A stretch of 64,000 nucleotides of DNA. Source: Hadesarchaea archaeon. GTDB taxonomy: Archaea > Hadarchaeota > Hadarchaeia > Hadarchaeales > Hadarchaeaceae. Location of the stretch: positions 10,141-74,140 of the forward strand of contig JAUXAS010000001.1 of the NCBI GenBank assembly GCA_030619825.1. Direction: 5' to 3'. Below, piece by piece: positions 11,211-21,452 of the stretch. The position numbers and the translations under genes were made by a program. How positions within the stretch are numbered: the first letter of the stretch is position 1; each line of letters starts with the position of its first letter. The notes below the pieces were generated by a model. It worked only from the letters and a program-made list of their open reading frames with translations. It was not told the origin of the DNA and did no database searches.

Positions 11211-12467
11211 TTGCCTGAACTCAAACTCAAGCGCGGCGATGTGGTAATGCTCGAAGGGCAGCTCAGCCTCGAAGTAAGAGAAGGTGAGGTGTTGATAAGC
11301 GGCGGACTCCGTGGGAAGGGGAGCCGGACCGTCATACCTCGCGCGAAGTCGGTGCCCCTTGAAGCTGAAGGAGATGCACTCGTTGCATACACGCTTGGGC
11401 AGGACGGGAAGGTCGAGCAGCTATCGAAGCGGACTATTCCTCGCGAATGGGATGCGCTCATCTCGGAGGTCATCCAGCAAAGGCCCAAAAAAATATTAGT
11501 GATGGGAAGCGTCGATGTCGGCAAGAGCTTCTTCACAACCTACTTGGCAAACACCATGCTTAGGCATGGGCTTCGGCCGGGGGCGATTGATAGCGACGTG
11601 GGGCAATCTGATGTCGGCCCTCCGGCGACGATGGGGCTGGGAATCCTCGAGCAGCCCGTTGCCCAGCTCTACGAGGTCCCACTCTCGAGCGCTTACTTCG
11701 TGGGCTCGATGTCTCCCTCAGAGCACATGCTTGAGTTCGTCGTGGGGGTGAAGTGGTTGGTTGAACACGGTTTGAAGAAGGCGGACTCGGTAATCGTTAA
11801 CACCCCCGGCTGGATTTTCGGTGGCCCCGGTCGATCTCTTCAGCTTTATACCTTGGAGACGATTGACCCAGATATCGTGGTCGCTATCCAGCGCGAGGGG
11901 GAGCTCGAGCATCTGCTATCGAGCGTTCCTAGAGCGAGGGTAAGGCGGCTACCGGTTTCGAAGAAGGTCAGATCCCGCTCCTCCGGAGAGCGCGCGTCAC
12001 TGCGGGCGATGACGCTCGGGAAGTACTTTGAGGATGCTGGGAAGCTTGTCCTAAACTTGCGGAAGGTAAGACTCAAACGCTGCTACCTCCACACGGGCAG
12101 GCCCATCGATGTTGGAACGCTTGGGGTGAAGGCGCAAATAGTCCACGCGGAGCAGATGCCTGAGGGGATGTTAATTGTCATAAAAAGAAGGGTGGATAAG
12201 AGTGTAATTCAGGAGCTCGAGGCGAGATTCGGGCATGTGAGGACCATAATCCAAGGCAGCGAGCGAAACATGATGGTGGGATTGACGAACGATGCAAACG
12301 AGATGCTGGGCATAGGAATAATCGAGCGAATAGACTACGAACGAGGTCGGATGGTAGTGCTCACACCCGTCAAAAATGCGGACGAGGTCGCTGCCGTGCA
12401 GTTTGGCTCGATGCGGATAAAGCCGGACGGCGAAGAAATAGGCACCATAAGACAAGGCACATTCTGA
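11211..12467 (+). CDS. Clp1/Grc3-family polynucleotide 5'-OH kinase
   Basis: GSVDVGKS P-loop, DSDVGQSDVGPP, NTPGW, RxxLR lid. Confidence 0.9.
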   Translation: MPELKLKRGDVVMLEGQLSLEVREGEVLISGGLRGKGSRTVIPRAKSVPLEAEGDALVAYTLGQDGKVEQLSKRTIPREWDALISEVIQQRPKKILVMGSVDVGKSFFTTYLANTMLRHGLRPGAIDSDVGQSDVGPPATMGLGILEQPVAQLYEVPLSSAYFVGSMSPSEHMLEFVVGVKWLVEHGLKKADSVIVNTPGWIFGGPGRSLQLYTLETIDPDIVVAIQREGELEHLLSSVPRARVRRLPVSKKVRSRSSGERASLRAMTLGKYFEDAGKLVLNLRKVRLKRCYLHTGRPIDVGTLGVKAQIVHAEQMPEGMLIVIKRRVDKSVIQELEARFGHVRTIIQGSERNMMVGLTNDANEMLGIGIIERIDYERGRMVVLTPVKNADEVAAVQFGSMRIKPDGEEIGTIRQGTF

Positions 12468-12476
12468 GGTTCCATC

Positions 12477-12710
12477 GTGAAAATGCAGGCAAATGTTGTC
12501 TGTGGTTATAAAAAGCGAGAGGCTGCTAAAGCGATTGCCGCAGCGCTCCAGCCGGATAACCTCCAGGCCCCAAAAGGGGTTCGGGTGAGGACGGGGGTGG
12601 ATGACGCGCGCGTAACTACCTTGGTGGAGTTGGATGGTAGAATTGAGACGCTTTTGGCGACGCTCGACGATTTGCTAGCGTGCACTTCTACCGCTGAGGA
12701 CGTCCTATAG
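12477..12710 (+). CDS. KEOPS Pcc1-like subunit
   Basis: ALQPDN...LLATLDDLL; located between recJ-like genes and rps3ae. Confidence 0.8.
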   Translation: MKMQANVVCGYKKREAAKAIAAALQPDNLQAPKGVRVRTGVDDARVTTLVELDGRIETLLATLDDLLACTSTAEDVL

Positions 12711-13995
12711 TTGCTCTTTTCTGACCTATTTTTTCGATCCCCATGTATGGTACCAATGCGGGCGGAACTAGGATTGAGCCATCTCTCTGCTGATAGTTTT
12801 CTAGGACGGATATCAAAACCCGTTCAGTGGCCACTAGTGTGCTATTTATAGTGTGAACAAATTTTGAAGGTTCACCTGATTTGTCTCTATATCTTATGTT
12901 TGATCTGATGGCTTGGTATGAAGTGCAATTGCTGCATGATGCCGCCTCTCGATATTTTCCCTGACCTGGCAGCCAAGTTTCAAGGTCGTATTTTTTCGCC
13001 GCTACCGTCCCCAGGTCGCCGCTGCAGACGTTTACTATTCTGTAAGGCAACCCAAGTTTTTGGGATATCTCTTCAGCGTTGGTAATCAATTCCTCGTGCC
13101 CCTTCCACGAGTCCTCAGGTTTACAGAAGACGAATTGTTCGACTTTCTCAAACTGATGAACCCGAAATATCCCTTTTGTATCTCTGCCGTGTGTTCCGGC
13201 CTCCTTCCTAAAACAGGGGCTCACCCCGCTATATCTAAGCGGCAAGTTCTTTCCATCCAGTGTCTCATCCATGTGTAATGCAAGCAGCGCGTGCTCAGAA
13301 GTAGCGAGCATGTAGAGGTCTTCCCCCTCGATTTTGTAGATGGTATCCTCGAAATCAGATAGAGCGACTGCCCCCTCGAGTGGTTTCCTCTTTAGCATGT
13401 AAGGCGGCTGAAATAGGGCAAACTCTTTTCTTGCGATAAAATCGAGTGCAAATTTTATTATAGCATAGTTTAACTGAACAAGTTCTCCCTTTAGGTAATA
13501 GAACCTCGCGCCAGCCACCCTAGCAGCTCGCTCAAGGTCGACTAGATCGAGGTTCAATGCGAGATCGATGTGATCTTTTGGTTTGAAGTCAAATTTAGGT
13601 ATCTCGCCCCACCTTCTTATTTCAACGTTGTCGTTTTCGTCCTTGCCTACGGGTACTGACTCGTGCATTAGATTTGGCAGATTGAGGAGTATATTATTAA
13701 TTGTTTTCCTGTAGTCTTGCACTTTTTGTTCGAGACGTTTTATTTTTAACGGGATTTCTTTCGCTTCTTTGGTTTTCTCCGTTACATCTTTGTTCTCTTT
13801 TTTAAGCCTTGCTATTTCCGCGGTGATTTTATTGCGCATTTCCCTCAATTTGTTTGTTTCTAGTGTCAACTTTCTCCAATTTTTATCGTATTCCAGTAGA
13901 TCGTCGACCCACTTTACTTTAGCTAGATCTCCCCGCTTGATCAAATCTGCTTTTACGAGGGCCGGATTTTTGCGCACAAATTTAAGATCAATCAT
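12688..13995 (-). CDS. serS: Seryl-tRNA synthetase (standard type)
   Basis: ATSEH, FRKEAG, FRVHQFEKVEQF, SCSNCT, HTINST...ER. Confidence 0.97.
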   Translation of the reverse strand: MIDLKFVRKNPALVKADLIKRGDLAKVKWVDDLLEYDKNWRKLTLETNKLREMRNKITAEIARLKKENKDVTEKTKEAKEIPLKIKRLEQKVQDYRKTINNILLNLPNLMHESVPVGKDENDNVEIRRWGEIPKFDFKPKDHIDLALNLDLVDLERAARVAGARFYYLKGELVQLNYAIIKFALDFIARKEFALFQPPYMLKRKPLEGAVALSDFEDTIYKIEGEDLYMLATSEHALLALHMDETLDGKNLPLRYSGVSPCFRKEAGTHGRDTKGIFRVHQFEKVEQFVFCKPEDSWKGHEELITNAEEISQKLGLPYRIVNVCSGDLGTVAAKKYDLETWLPGQGKYREAASCSNCTSYQAIRSNIRYRDKSGEPSKFVHTINSTLVATERVLISVLENYQQRDGSILVPPALVPYMGIEKIGQKRATIGRPQR

Positions 13996-14152
13996 TGCCA
14001 AACCTCATTGAATAAATTTACTCCTAATCTAAAAATCTTTGCAACTTCCATTTTAGCAAAAATTCTACAATCTCTTTTTTTAAAACTAACTATTTAAGTT
14101 CGTTGAGAGAGAAGGGCACTGAAAATGGTTTATAATCAATAAAGGTTGGGTT

Positions 14153-14737
14153 ATGGAAGAGAAAAAGCGAGCTGTGAAGAGGTCTTGGCGGGAGAAGGGG
14201 TGGCACGACATCGTTGCCCCGCCCATGTTCGGCAGCGCCAAGATAGGTGAGACCCTCGCATCCGACCCGAGCCAGCTCCCCGGGCGGGTCTTCGAGACCA
14301 CGCTGGGCGACCTCATCGAGGACTTCTCAAAGGCTCACGTCAAGCTGTACTTTCAGGTAAAGGGCATCGAGGAGGGTCGCGCTCTCACCAGCTTCATAGG
14401 TCACGACATGGCCCGCGATTACATCCGGAGCCAGATTCGACGGCGGGCGACGCGCATCAGCGACATCTCGACCGTGACAACCCAGGACGGCTACAGGCTT
14501 CGGGTCAGCTCAATCGTCACAACGCTCCGCCGTGTCCAGAGCTCGCAGCTCGAGGCGATCCGCAGGGACATGCGGAAGGTGATCAAGGCCCGCGCCAGAG
14601 AGCGGACGTTCGACCAGTTCGTGCAGGAGGTCGTACTGGGGAAGCTCTCGGCGGACATCTACAAGGCGGCCAAGCATTACTGCCCGGTGAAGCGGGTCGA
14701 GGTCTGGAAGACGAAGGTGCTGGCTGGGCCCACGTAG
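14153..14737 (+). CDS. rps3ae: 30S ribosomal protein S3Ae
   Basis: WREKGWHDIVAPPMF, GRVFETTLGDL. Confidence 0.95.
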   Translation: MEEKKRAVKRSWREKGWHDIVAPPMFGSAKIGETLASDPSQLPGRVFETTLGDLIEDFSKAHVKLYFQVKGIEEGRALTSFIGHDMARDYIRSQIRRRATRISDISTVTTQDGYRLRVSSIVTTLRRVQSSQLEAIRRDMRKVIKARARERTFDQFVQEVVLGKLSADIYKAAKHYCPVKRVEVWKTKVLAGPT

Positions 14738-14749
14738 TTGGCGATTTTA

Positions 14750-16102
14750 ATGGGCAAGCTCTTCGGTACCTCGGGCGTTCGAGGCGTAGTGGGTGACCAG
14801 CTCACCCCGGAGCTCGCGCTCGACCTCGGCTTGGCGCTTGCGACCCACCTGGGCGGCGAGGGCAGCGTCGTTCTAGGCAAGGATCCCCGCACCTCAAGCG
14901 ACATGCTCGAGAGCTGCCTGACTTCGGGCCTGCTTTCGGGGGGCTGCGATGTCAAGCGCCTCGGCATCGTCCCCACGCCAGCCGTAAGTTTCGCGGTTCG
15001 TCGCCTCAATGCAAAAGCGGGTGTTATGATCACAGCGTCGCACAACCCGCCCGAGTACAACGGGATCAAGTTCTGGGGCTCCGACGGGATCGCGTACACG
15101 CCCAAGCAGGAAGGGGCGATCGAGCGAATTTACTTCGGCAAGCGGATGAAGCCCGCCGCTTGGGATAAAATAGGCAAGGTCGGGGTGGTCGATGTCCTGC
15201 CGAGCTACATCGACGAGCTCGCAGGTGTCGTCAAGCTGAAGCGGGGTTACAAGGTCGTGGTCGACTGCGGCAATGGGGCAGGTTCCTTGGTAACGCCCTA
15301 CTTGCTCCGAAAACTGGGTTGCGAGGTGGTGACCCTGAACTCGCAGCTCGATGGGTTCTTCCCCGGCCGCGGTCTCGAGCCCTCACCCGAGAACTTGGGG
15401 GAGCTCTGTAACGTAGTCAAATCTATTGGGGCTGACATCGGCCTTGCACACGATGGCGATGCTGATCGGATAGCCGCGGTCGATGGGAAGGGCAGGGTAG
15501 CGGAGCCCGACAAGCTATTGGCGCTGATATCGGCGCACCAGGTGAGGAAAAAAGGCGATATCGTGGTGACCACCGTCGATGCTTCAGGTACCGTCGACGA
15601 GTGCGTTGGTGTGAAAAAAGGCAATGTGATTCGAACGAAGGTTGGTGATGTCAGCGTGGCGGCGGAGATTAGAAAGCGGGGCGCGATTTTCGGTGGGGAG
15701 CCATGCGGCGCGTGGATATTTCCGGAAGTCCATCTTGTGCCGGATGGACCGCTCGCTGCAACCAAAATCCTAGAATTGCTTGACTTGACGGGAAGACGAC
15801 TTTTTGAGCTACTCGATGAACTCCCTGAGCACCAAACTGTGAGGAAAAAAATAGCATGTCCAAATGAGAAAAAAGCGGCAACGATGAAAAAATTCAAGGA
15901 GAGGTTGAGAAGGGAGTTCAAAGGGATTAGCGATGTACTGACAATCGATGGCATCAGATTTTCTTTTAGAGATGGCAGCTGGGCCCTCGTCAGACCATCG
16001 GGGACGGAGCCATACATCCGGGTAACCGCTGGAGGAGAAAGGGAAAAAAGTGTGGAAAAAGTTGCTGGAAAAGCCACTAGGATTTTGAAATCTTTAGTCT
16101 AA
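14750..16102 (+). CDS. glmM: Phosphoglucosamine mutase / phosphohexomutase
   Basis: LFGTSGVRG, TASHNP, DGDADR, RPSGTEP. Confidence 0.9.
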   Translation: MGKLFGTSGVRGVVGDQLTPELALDLGLALATHLGGEGSVVLGKDPRTSSDMLESCLTSGLLSGGCDVKRLGIVPTPAVSFAVRRLNAKAGVMITASHNPPEYNGIKFWGSDGIAYTPKQEGAIERIYFGKRMKPAAWDKIGKVGVVDVLPSYIDELAGVVKLKRGYKVVVDCGNGAGSLVTPYLLRKLGCEVVTLNSQLDGFFPGRGLEPSPENLGELCNVVKSIGADIGLAHDGDADRIAAVDGKGRVAEPDKLLALISAHQVRKKGDIVVTTVDASGTVDECVGVKKGNVIRTKVGDVSVAAEIRKRGAIFGGEPCGAWIFPEVHLVPDGPLAATKILELLDLTGRRLFELLDELPEHQTVRKKIACPNEKKAATMKKFKERLRREFKGISDVLTIDGIRFSFRDGSWALVRPSGTEPYIRVTAGGEREKSVEKVAGKATRILKSLV

Positions 16103-16199
16103 GGAACCTTTTTTACGGCATTTTTCGCGGGAATCTGATATATACGCACTCACTCCTGCAGTTTTTATTAGGCTAGCTCCCAACTTTAATTGGGATTAC

Positions 16200-17483
16200 A
16201 TGAAGGCGGTTATCCTAGCTGCCGGACTAGGAACGCGAATGCGCCCGTTAACTTTCACGAAGCCGAAATTCCTGCTCCCGGTAGCTGGAAAGCCTGCCCT
16301 CGATCACGTGCTCCTCCTCCTGAGAAATGTGGGCATCGACGAAATTGCGATGGTCGTGGGGTACGGGAGGGAGCAGATCGTCGAACGCTACGGCGATGGT
16401 TCTAGGCTCGGCGTAAAGCTTCGATATCTCTATCAAAAGAAGTTGCTGGGCACCGCGAATGCCGTCTCGCTTGCCGAGGACTTCGTCGGTGGGGATAGAT
16501 TCCTCGTGATGAACGGCGACACCCTCGTCGATCAGGAGTCTTTGAATACGCTCCTGAAGCGCTACGAGGAGGTTGGCTCGAGCAAGAATTTCGGCGGCAT
16601 CATGGTCACGATTGAGGTCGAGGAGCCAGAGCAGTTCGGGATAGTTTTTCTGAAGGGAAGAAAGGTCAGCGAGATAGTCGAGAAGCCGAAGCGGATCAAG
16701 AGCAGGTTAGCGAATGCGGGCATATACATCTTCGACCCCACGATTTTTGAGGCGATCAAGCGAACGAAGAAATCTAAGCGGGGGGAGTACGAGCTGACCA
16801 CGTCGATGAAAATTTTTATCAACAGCGGCAAGGCGATTTACACCTCACCGCTCAATTTATGGGCTGATATCGGCAGGCCCTGGGACCTGTTGGTGGCCAA
16901 CGAGTATTTCTCGCGGGGGCAGCGCGGCGAGGTCCACGGCAAGGTCGAGGTAGGCGCTTATATCGAGGATAACGTTTACGTTGGTGAGGGCTCGCGCATT
17001 CGCTCGGGCTCCTACATCTTAGGACCAACCTACATCGGCAAGGATTGCGACATCGGGCCAAATTGCTTCATTAGGCCGTGTACGAGTATAGGCGACGATG
17101 TCAGGATAGGCAACGCGGTGGAGGTGAAGAACAGCATCATTATGGATCATACAAACATCGGGCACCTCTCTTACGTGGGTGACAGCGTCATAGGCAGTAA
17201 CTGTAACCTCGGGGCGGGGACGACCATCGCGAACCTGCGCTTAGACGAGAAGCCCATCAAGATGGAGGTTGGTGGCAGGGTAATTAGCAGCGGCAGGCGA
17301 AAGTTGGGCACAATAATCGCCGACAACGTCAGGACCGGCATCAACTGCACGATAAACGTCGGCGTGAAGATCGGTCCGGATTCAGCGGTCGGACCCGGGG
17401 CGGTCGTTTACAAGGACGTTTTACCCAACACGATGGTATTCGTGAAGCCCGTCATGGTGAAAAGAGAGTGGAAACCTGAGTAG
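16200..17483 (+). CDS. glmU: Bifunctional sugar-1-phosphate nucleotidyltransferase/acetyltransferase
   Basis: LAAGLGTRMRPLT, hexapeptide repeats, HLSYVGDS. Confidence 0.9.
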   Translation: MKAVILAAGLGTRMRPLTFTKPKFLLPVAGKPALDHVLLLLRNVGIDEIAMVVGYGREQIVERYGDGSRLGVKLRYLYQKKLLGTANAVSLAEDFVGGDRFLVMNGDTLVDQESLNTLLKRYEEVGSSKNFGGIMVTIEVEEPEQFGIVFLKGRKVSEIVEKPKRIKSRLANAGIYIFDPTIFEAIKRTKKSKRGEYELTTSMKIFINSGKAIYTSPLNLWADIGRPWDLLVANEYFSRGQRGEVHGKVEVGAYIEDNVYVGEGSRIRSGSYILGPTYIGKDCDIGPNCFIRPCTSIGDDVRIGNAVEVKNSIIMDHTNIGHLSYVGDSVIGSNCNLGAGTTIANLRLDEKPIKMEVGGRVISSGRRKLGTIIADNVRTGINCTINVGVKIGPDSAVGPGAVVYKDVLPNTMVFVKPVMVKREWKPE

Positions 17484-17491
17484 GTCTTGAC

Positions 17492-17833
17492 ATGAGCAAG
17501 CACACCCGCAAAGAACTTCGGAGGCACTACCCAAACCTAGCTGAAGAATGGGGCGGGGTAGGGACGGTCAGAATAGACGCTGTGCGGACGAGCCTCAAGG
17601 AGGCGGAGAAGGTAGTGCACAGCGTGCAGGGTTACAAGCCCACCATTATCGACTTCATCCGACGTTGCGAGAACGACAACCAAGCGCTGGGAATAATTAA
17701 TTTTCTAGAGGGGCGGGGAGAGATCGAGTCAGGCTATGCTCGGAGGTTGTGCATCCAATTAGCTGAGCGGGGGCTCGGGAGCTTCGGCAAACGAAGGAAG
17801 CCCGGCTGCTATGGGTGCGGCGAGACGGGTTAA
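17492..17833 (+). CDS. DUF2095-like protein
   Basis: YPNLAEE, GYKPTIIDFIRRC. Confidence 0.7.
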   Translation: MSKHTRKELRRHYPNLAEEWGGVGTVRIDAVRTSLKEAEKVVHSVQGYKPTIIDFIRRCENDNQALGIINFLEGRGEIESGYARRLCIQLAERGLGSFGKRRKPGCYGCGETG

Positions 17834-17835
17834 GG

Positions 17836-19038
17836 ATGCTTGAGTTAGGACTCGTCGGCAAGCCCAATACCGGCAAGACCACTTTTTTCAACGCGGCAAC
17901 GTTAGCGAACGCCCCCGTTGCAGGCTACCCTTTCACCACCATCGACGCGAACGTGGGGGTCACCTACGTGCGAAGCCCGTGCCCCTGCCGTGAGCTCGAG
18001 GTGACGTGCAACCCTCAAAACTCGAAGTGCGTTGGCGGGGTCAGATATGTGCCTATCCGGATGATCGATGTCGCGGGTTTAGTCGAGGGAGCCCACATGG
18101 GGCGGGGCTTGGGCAACCGCTTCCTAGACAACCTTCGGATGGCGGGCGCGCTCGTCCACATCATCGATGCAGCTGGGTCAACCGATGCGGAGGGCAAACC
18201 CTGCCAGCCCGGCACCCACGACCCGGTTCAAGACATAGATTTCCTCGAGGTCGAAATCGCGGCGTGGTTGCGGGGCCTGCTCGTGAAGGACTGGCCAAAG
18301 TTCGCGCGAAGGGCGAAGTACGAGGAGCTCGACTTGGTCAAGGAGATAGCCGTGCGCTTGAGCGGGCTGGGCATAAAGGAAAATCACGTTGCCCAAGCTT
18401 TCCGGGAGGCTGGGGTCGATCGCTCGGATCCAGAGAGATGGTCAGACGACGACTTGCTCCGCTTCGTGGCAGAGGTTCGAAAGGCAAGTAAGCCCATCAT
18501 GATCGCCGCGAACAAAGCCGACGTGCCGGCGGCCGAGCCGAACATCGAGCGTTTGCGCCAGCGGGGGTACCTCGTGGTTCCGACCTGCTCCGAGGCCGAG
18601 CTCATCCTTCGGCGCGCGAGCGAGAAGGGACTCGTGCAGTACGAGCCAAGCAGCAGTGGTTTCGAGATCCTCAAGCCGGAATCTTTGAACGAGCAGCAGC
18701 GCAAGGCGCTCGAGATGATCCACGTGCTGTTAGAGAAGTGGGGTTCGACGGGTATCCAGCAGGTGGTGGATAAGGTGATTTATGAGCTTCTGAATCTGAT
18801 CGTAGTTTACCCCGTTGATGATGAACACAAGCTTACGGACAAGAAGGGCAACGTGCTCCCCGACGCCTACCTCGTCCCCAAAGGCGCGACCGCTCGCGAG
18901 TTCGCGTACGTCATTCACACTGACCTCGGTGAGTCTTTCATCCATGCGATAGACGCGCGGACGAAGCGGAGGCTTGGTGAGGATTACGCGCTCAAGGGAG
19001 GAGATGTGATCAGGATAGTCGCGGCGAAAGGAAGGTGA
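17836..19038 (+). CDS. ychF: YchF/Obg-family NTPase with TGS domain
   Basis: GKPNTGKT, YPFTT, DVAGLV, NKAD, HTDL. Confidence 0.92.
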   Translation: MLELGLVGKPNTGKTTFFNAATLANAPVAGYPFTTIDANVGVTYVRSPCPCRELEVTCNPQNSKCVGGVRYVPIRMIDVAGLVEGAHMGRGLGNRFLDNLRMAGALVHIIDAAGSTDAEGKPCQPGTHDPVQDIDFLEVEIAAWLRGLLVKDWPKFARRAKYEELDLVKEIAVRLSGLGIKENHVAQAFREAGVDRSDPERWSDDDLLRFVAEVRKASKPIMIAANKADVPAAEPNIERLRQRGYLVVPTCSEAELILRRASEKGLVQYEPSSSGFEILKPESLNEQQRKALEMIHVLLEKWGSTGIQQVVDKVIYELLNLIVVYPVDDEHKLTDKKGNVLPDAYLVPKGATAREFAYVIHTDLGESFIHAIDARTKRRLGEDYALKGGDVIRIVAAKGR

Positions 19039-19042
19039 ACGG

Positions 19043-20470
19043 TTGAAAATTGTCCTCATAAATCCGAATACCGGGCGAGCGGAGCGGATAGAGAACGAGG
19101 CGGCTTGGCCCCCTCTTGGATTGCTTTACATCGGGGCCGTGTTGCAAAATGCGGGGCACGAGATCAAAGTTATCGATAACGCGAGGGTTCAGCTACCGGT
19201 CGAGAAAGTCGTCGAAAGGGTGAAGCGAGAGGACCCAGAGGTAGTGGGGATAAGCGCCCTAACTCCAACTTTCAAGCAGGGTGTAAAAATCGCGAGCGCC
19301 ATCAAGACCGAGACCCCCGACGTGAAAATTGTTTTCGGAAATTATCACGCCACCTTCACCTACGAAAGGCTGCTGACGAAGTACCCAATCGTCGACTACG
19401 TCGTACTAGGCGAAGCTGAATATACTGTCCTAGAACTCGTCGACGTGTTGGGAAAGAACGGGGAGACAAAAAAGGTGAAAGGGATAGCTTTCAGGCATGA
19501 TGGCGGGGTCGTCAAAACGCTGCCGAGGCCGTTCATCCAAAATCTCGACGAACTCCCCTTTCCCGATCGAACGCTGTTGGAGCAGGCGTATCATTCTGAG
19601 TTAGTGGGAATACTCGGGAGCAGCGGAAAGTTCACCACAGTGCTGACCTCACGGGGCTGCCCCTACAACTGCAGGTACTGCGCTTGCTCGGCCTTCTCGC
19701 AGCGAAAGGTCAGGTTCAGGTCCCCTGAGGCTGTTGTCGCTGAGATGGAGCAGCTGCAGGGGGAGGGTTACGAGGAAGTTGGATTTGTCGACGATGACCT
19801 GCTCTTGGACCGGCACAGGATGGAAAAAATTTGTGACCTGCTGAGGAAGAAGGGAATCAAACTCAACCTCTGGGCGGAGGGGCGGGTCGATCAGGCATCG
19901 CGCGAGGTGTTGCGCAAGTTCGCACGCGTTGGTTGCAAGACAATTTATTTTGGGGTGGAGAGTGGTAGCCAGAAGGTTCTAGATTACTACGGGAAAAATA
20001 TTTCACCGGAACTCAGCCGAAAGGCCATGCTCAACTCCAAGGAGGCGGGCATCGGGAACGTTATAGGCTCCTTCATTGTTGGCGCGCCTATCGAAACCAG
20101 GGAAGACATCAGGCGGACCTTCGATTTCGCCTTAAACCTGAAGGGTATGGACTTCCCACAGATGAACGTCCTCATGATCTCACCCGGAATGGACCTATGG
20201 GACACGGCGGCGCGCGAGGGCCATCTTGACGAAGAAAAATGTTGGGATGAGGCGTTCGCGGCAGTCAGCGTTTACCCGTCCTACCTAAAAGAGGAAGAGC
20301 TCGGCAGGATGATTGACCGCTTTTACGCGGAGTTCATCAAGCGCCCGACGTTTTTGGCCCTGCAGCTGTTAAAGACGATGTGCAGCAAGTACCGCTTAAA
20401 GATCATCTTGGCGAACCTCAGGGCTAGGACGAGCTTTAGGGCGACCTTTCGACAGCTCACGGGTGGATGA
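19043..20470 (+). CDS. B12-binding radical SAM protein
   Basis: PPLGLLY N-domain, SRGCPYNCRYC, FGVESG. Confidence 0.9.
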   Translation: MKIVLINPNTGRAERIENEAAWPPLGLLYIGAVLQNAGHEIKVIDNARVQLPVEKVVERVKREDPEVVGISALTPTFKQGVKIASAIKTETPDVKIVFGNYHATFTYERLLTKYPIVDYVVLGEAEYTVLELVDVLGKNGETKKVKGIAFRHDGGVVKTLPRPFIQNLDELPFPDRTLLEQAYHSELVGILGSSGKFTTVLTSRGCPYNCRYCACSAFSQRKVRFRSPEAVVAEMEQLQGEGYEEVGFVDDDLLLDRHRMEKICDLLRKKGIKLNLWAEGRVDQASREVLRKFARVGCKTIYFGVESGSQKVLDYYGKNISPELSRKAMLNSKEAGIGNVIGSFIVGAPIETREDIRRTFDFALNLKGMDFPQMNVLMISPGMDLWDTAAREGHLDEEKCWDEAFAAVSVYPSYLKEEELGRMIDRFYAEFIKRPTFLALQLLKTMCSKYRLKIILANLRARTSFRATFRQLTGG

Positions 20471-20531
20471 AGCAACCCGCGCAGATATAAGATAGTTTCG
20501 CCTAGTTTCTTCAAACGTGTGGGGAATTAAC

Positions 20532-21443
20532 TTGGTAAAAATTTTGGCCGCGGATCCCATTCACGAGGACGGCGTCAAGGCGTTGCGAGAGTTCGCGGAA
20601 GTCGAGGTGGCCACAGGCCTAACGCCAGCCAAGCTGCGTGAGAGGCTTAACAGGTGCGAGGTGTTGGTGGTGCGAAGTGCGACGAAGGTCACCAAGGAGG
20701 TAATTGACGCTGGCGAGCAACTCAAGGTAATTGCTCGAGCCGGGGTGGGGCTTGATAACATAGACGTCAAAGCAGCCGAGGCGCGAGGGATCAAAGTGCT
20801 CAACGCCCCCGAGGCCCCGACCGTCGCAGTGGCGGAACTTGTGCTCGCGCACATGCTGGCTTGGGCTAGGCATTTGCCCCGCGCGGATTCGGGCACAAAG
20901 GCGGGCAAGTGGGAGAAGGCGCAGCTCATGGGTAGCGAGCTTCGTGGAAAGACCCTCGGCATCATCGGCACTGGACGCATAGGTCGAGATGTTGGTTATA
21001 AGGCGAAGGCATTCTCGATGAACTTGCTTGCTTATGATATTAGGCGGAGCCCCGAATTTGTCGAGCAAACTGGCGCAAAATACGTTGACCTAGACATGCT
21101 GTTCAGAGAATCCGATTTCGTGACGCTGCACTTGGCGTTGGTACCAGAGACCAAACACATGGTGAGTAAGCGAGAGCTCGAGCTGATGAAATCGACAGCG
21201 GTATTAATCAACACTTCGCGCGGCGGGGTCGTTGATGATGGGGCGCTTGCCGAAGCGCTGCGGACGGGGAAAATCGCCGGGGCCTGCTTGGACGTTTACG
21301 AGCGGGAGCCGCCCCGCGACAGCCCACTGCTTAAGCTGCCGAACGTCGTGCTCACGCCGCACCTCGGGGCTTCGACGCGCGAGGCGCAGCGAGACGCGGC
21401 GATAATCATAGCCCAAAAAATAAAAGAAGCGCTCGTCACGTAA
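20532..21443 (+). CDS. D-isomer-specific 2-hydroxyacid dehydrogenase (SerA-like, no ACT domain)
   Basis: RAGVGLDNID, GTGRIG, NTSRG, TPHLGAST. Confidence 0.88.
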   Translation: MVKILAADPIHEDGVKALREFAEVEVATGLTPAKLRERLNRCEVLVVRSATKVTKEVIDAGEQLKVIARAGVGLDNIDVKAAEARGIKVLNAPEAPTVAVAELVLAHMLAWARHLPRADSGTKAGKWEKAQLMGSELRGKTLGIIGTGRIGRDVGYKAKAFSMNLLAYDIRRSPEFVEQTGAKYVDLDMLFRESDFVTLHLALVPETKHMVSKRELELMKSTAVLINTSRGGVVDDGALAEALRTGKIAGACLDVYEREPPRDSPLLKLPNVVLTPHLGASTREAQRDAAIIIAQKIKEALVT

Positions 21444-21452
21444 GGTGTTCTG

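Noticed and set aside
15298-16077. Long antisense ORFs (also 24558-25185, 33397-34161, 56183-56800)
   Set aside because: Shadow frames of well-supported genes in GC-rich DNA.
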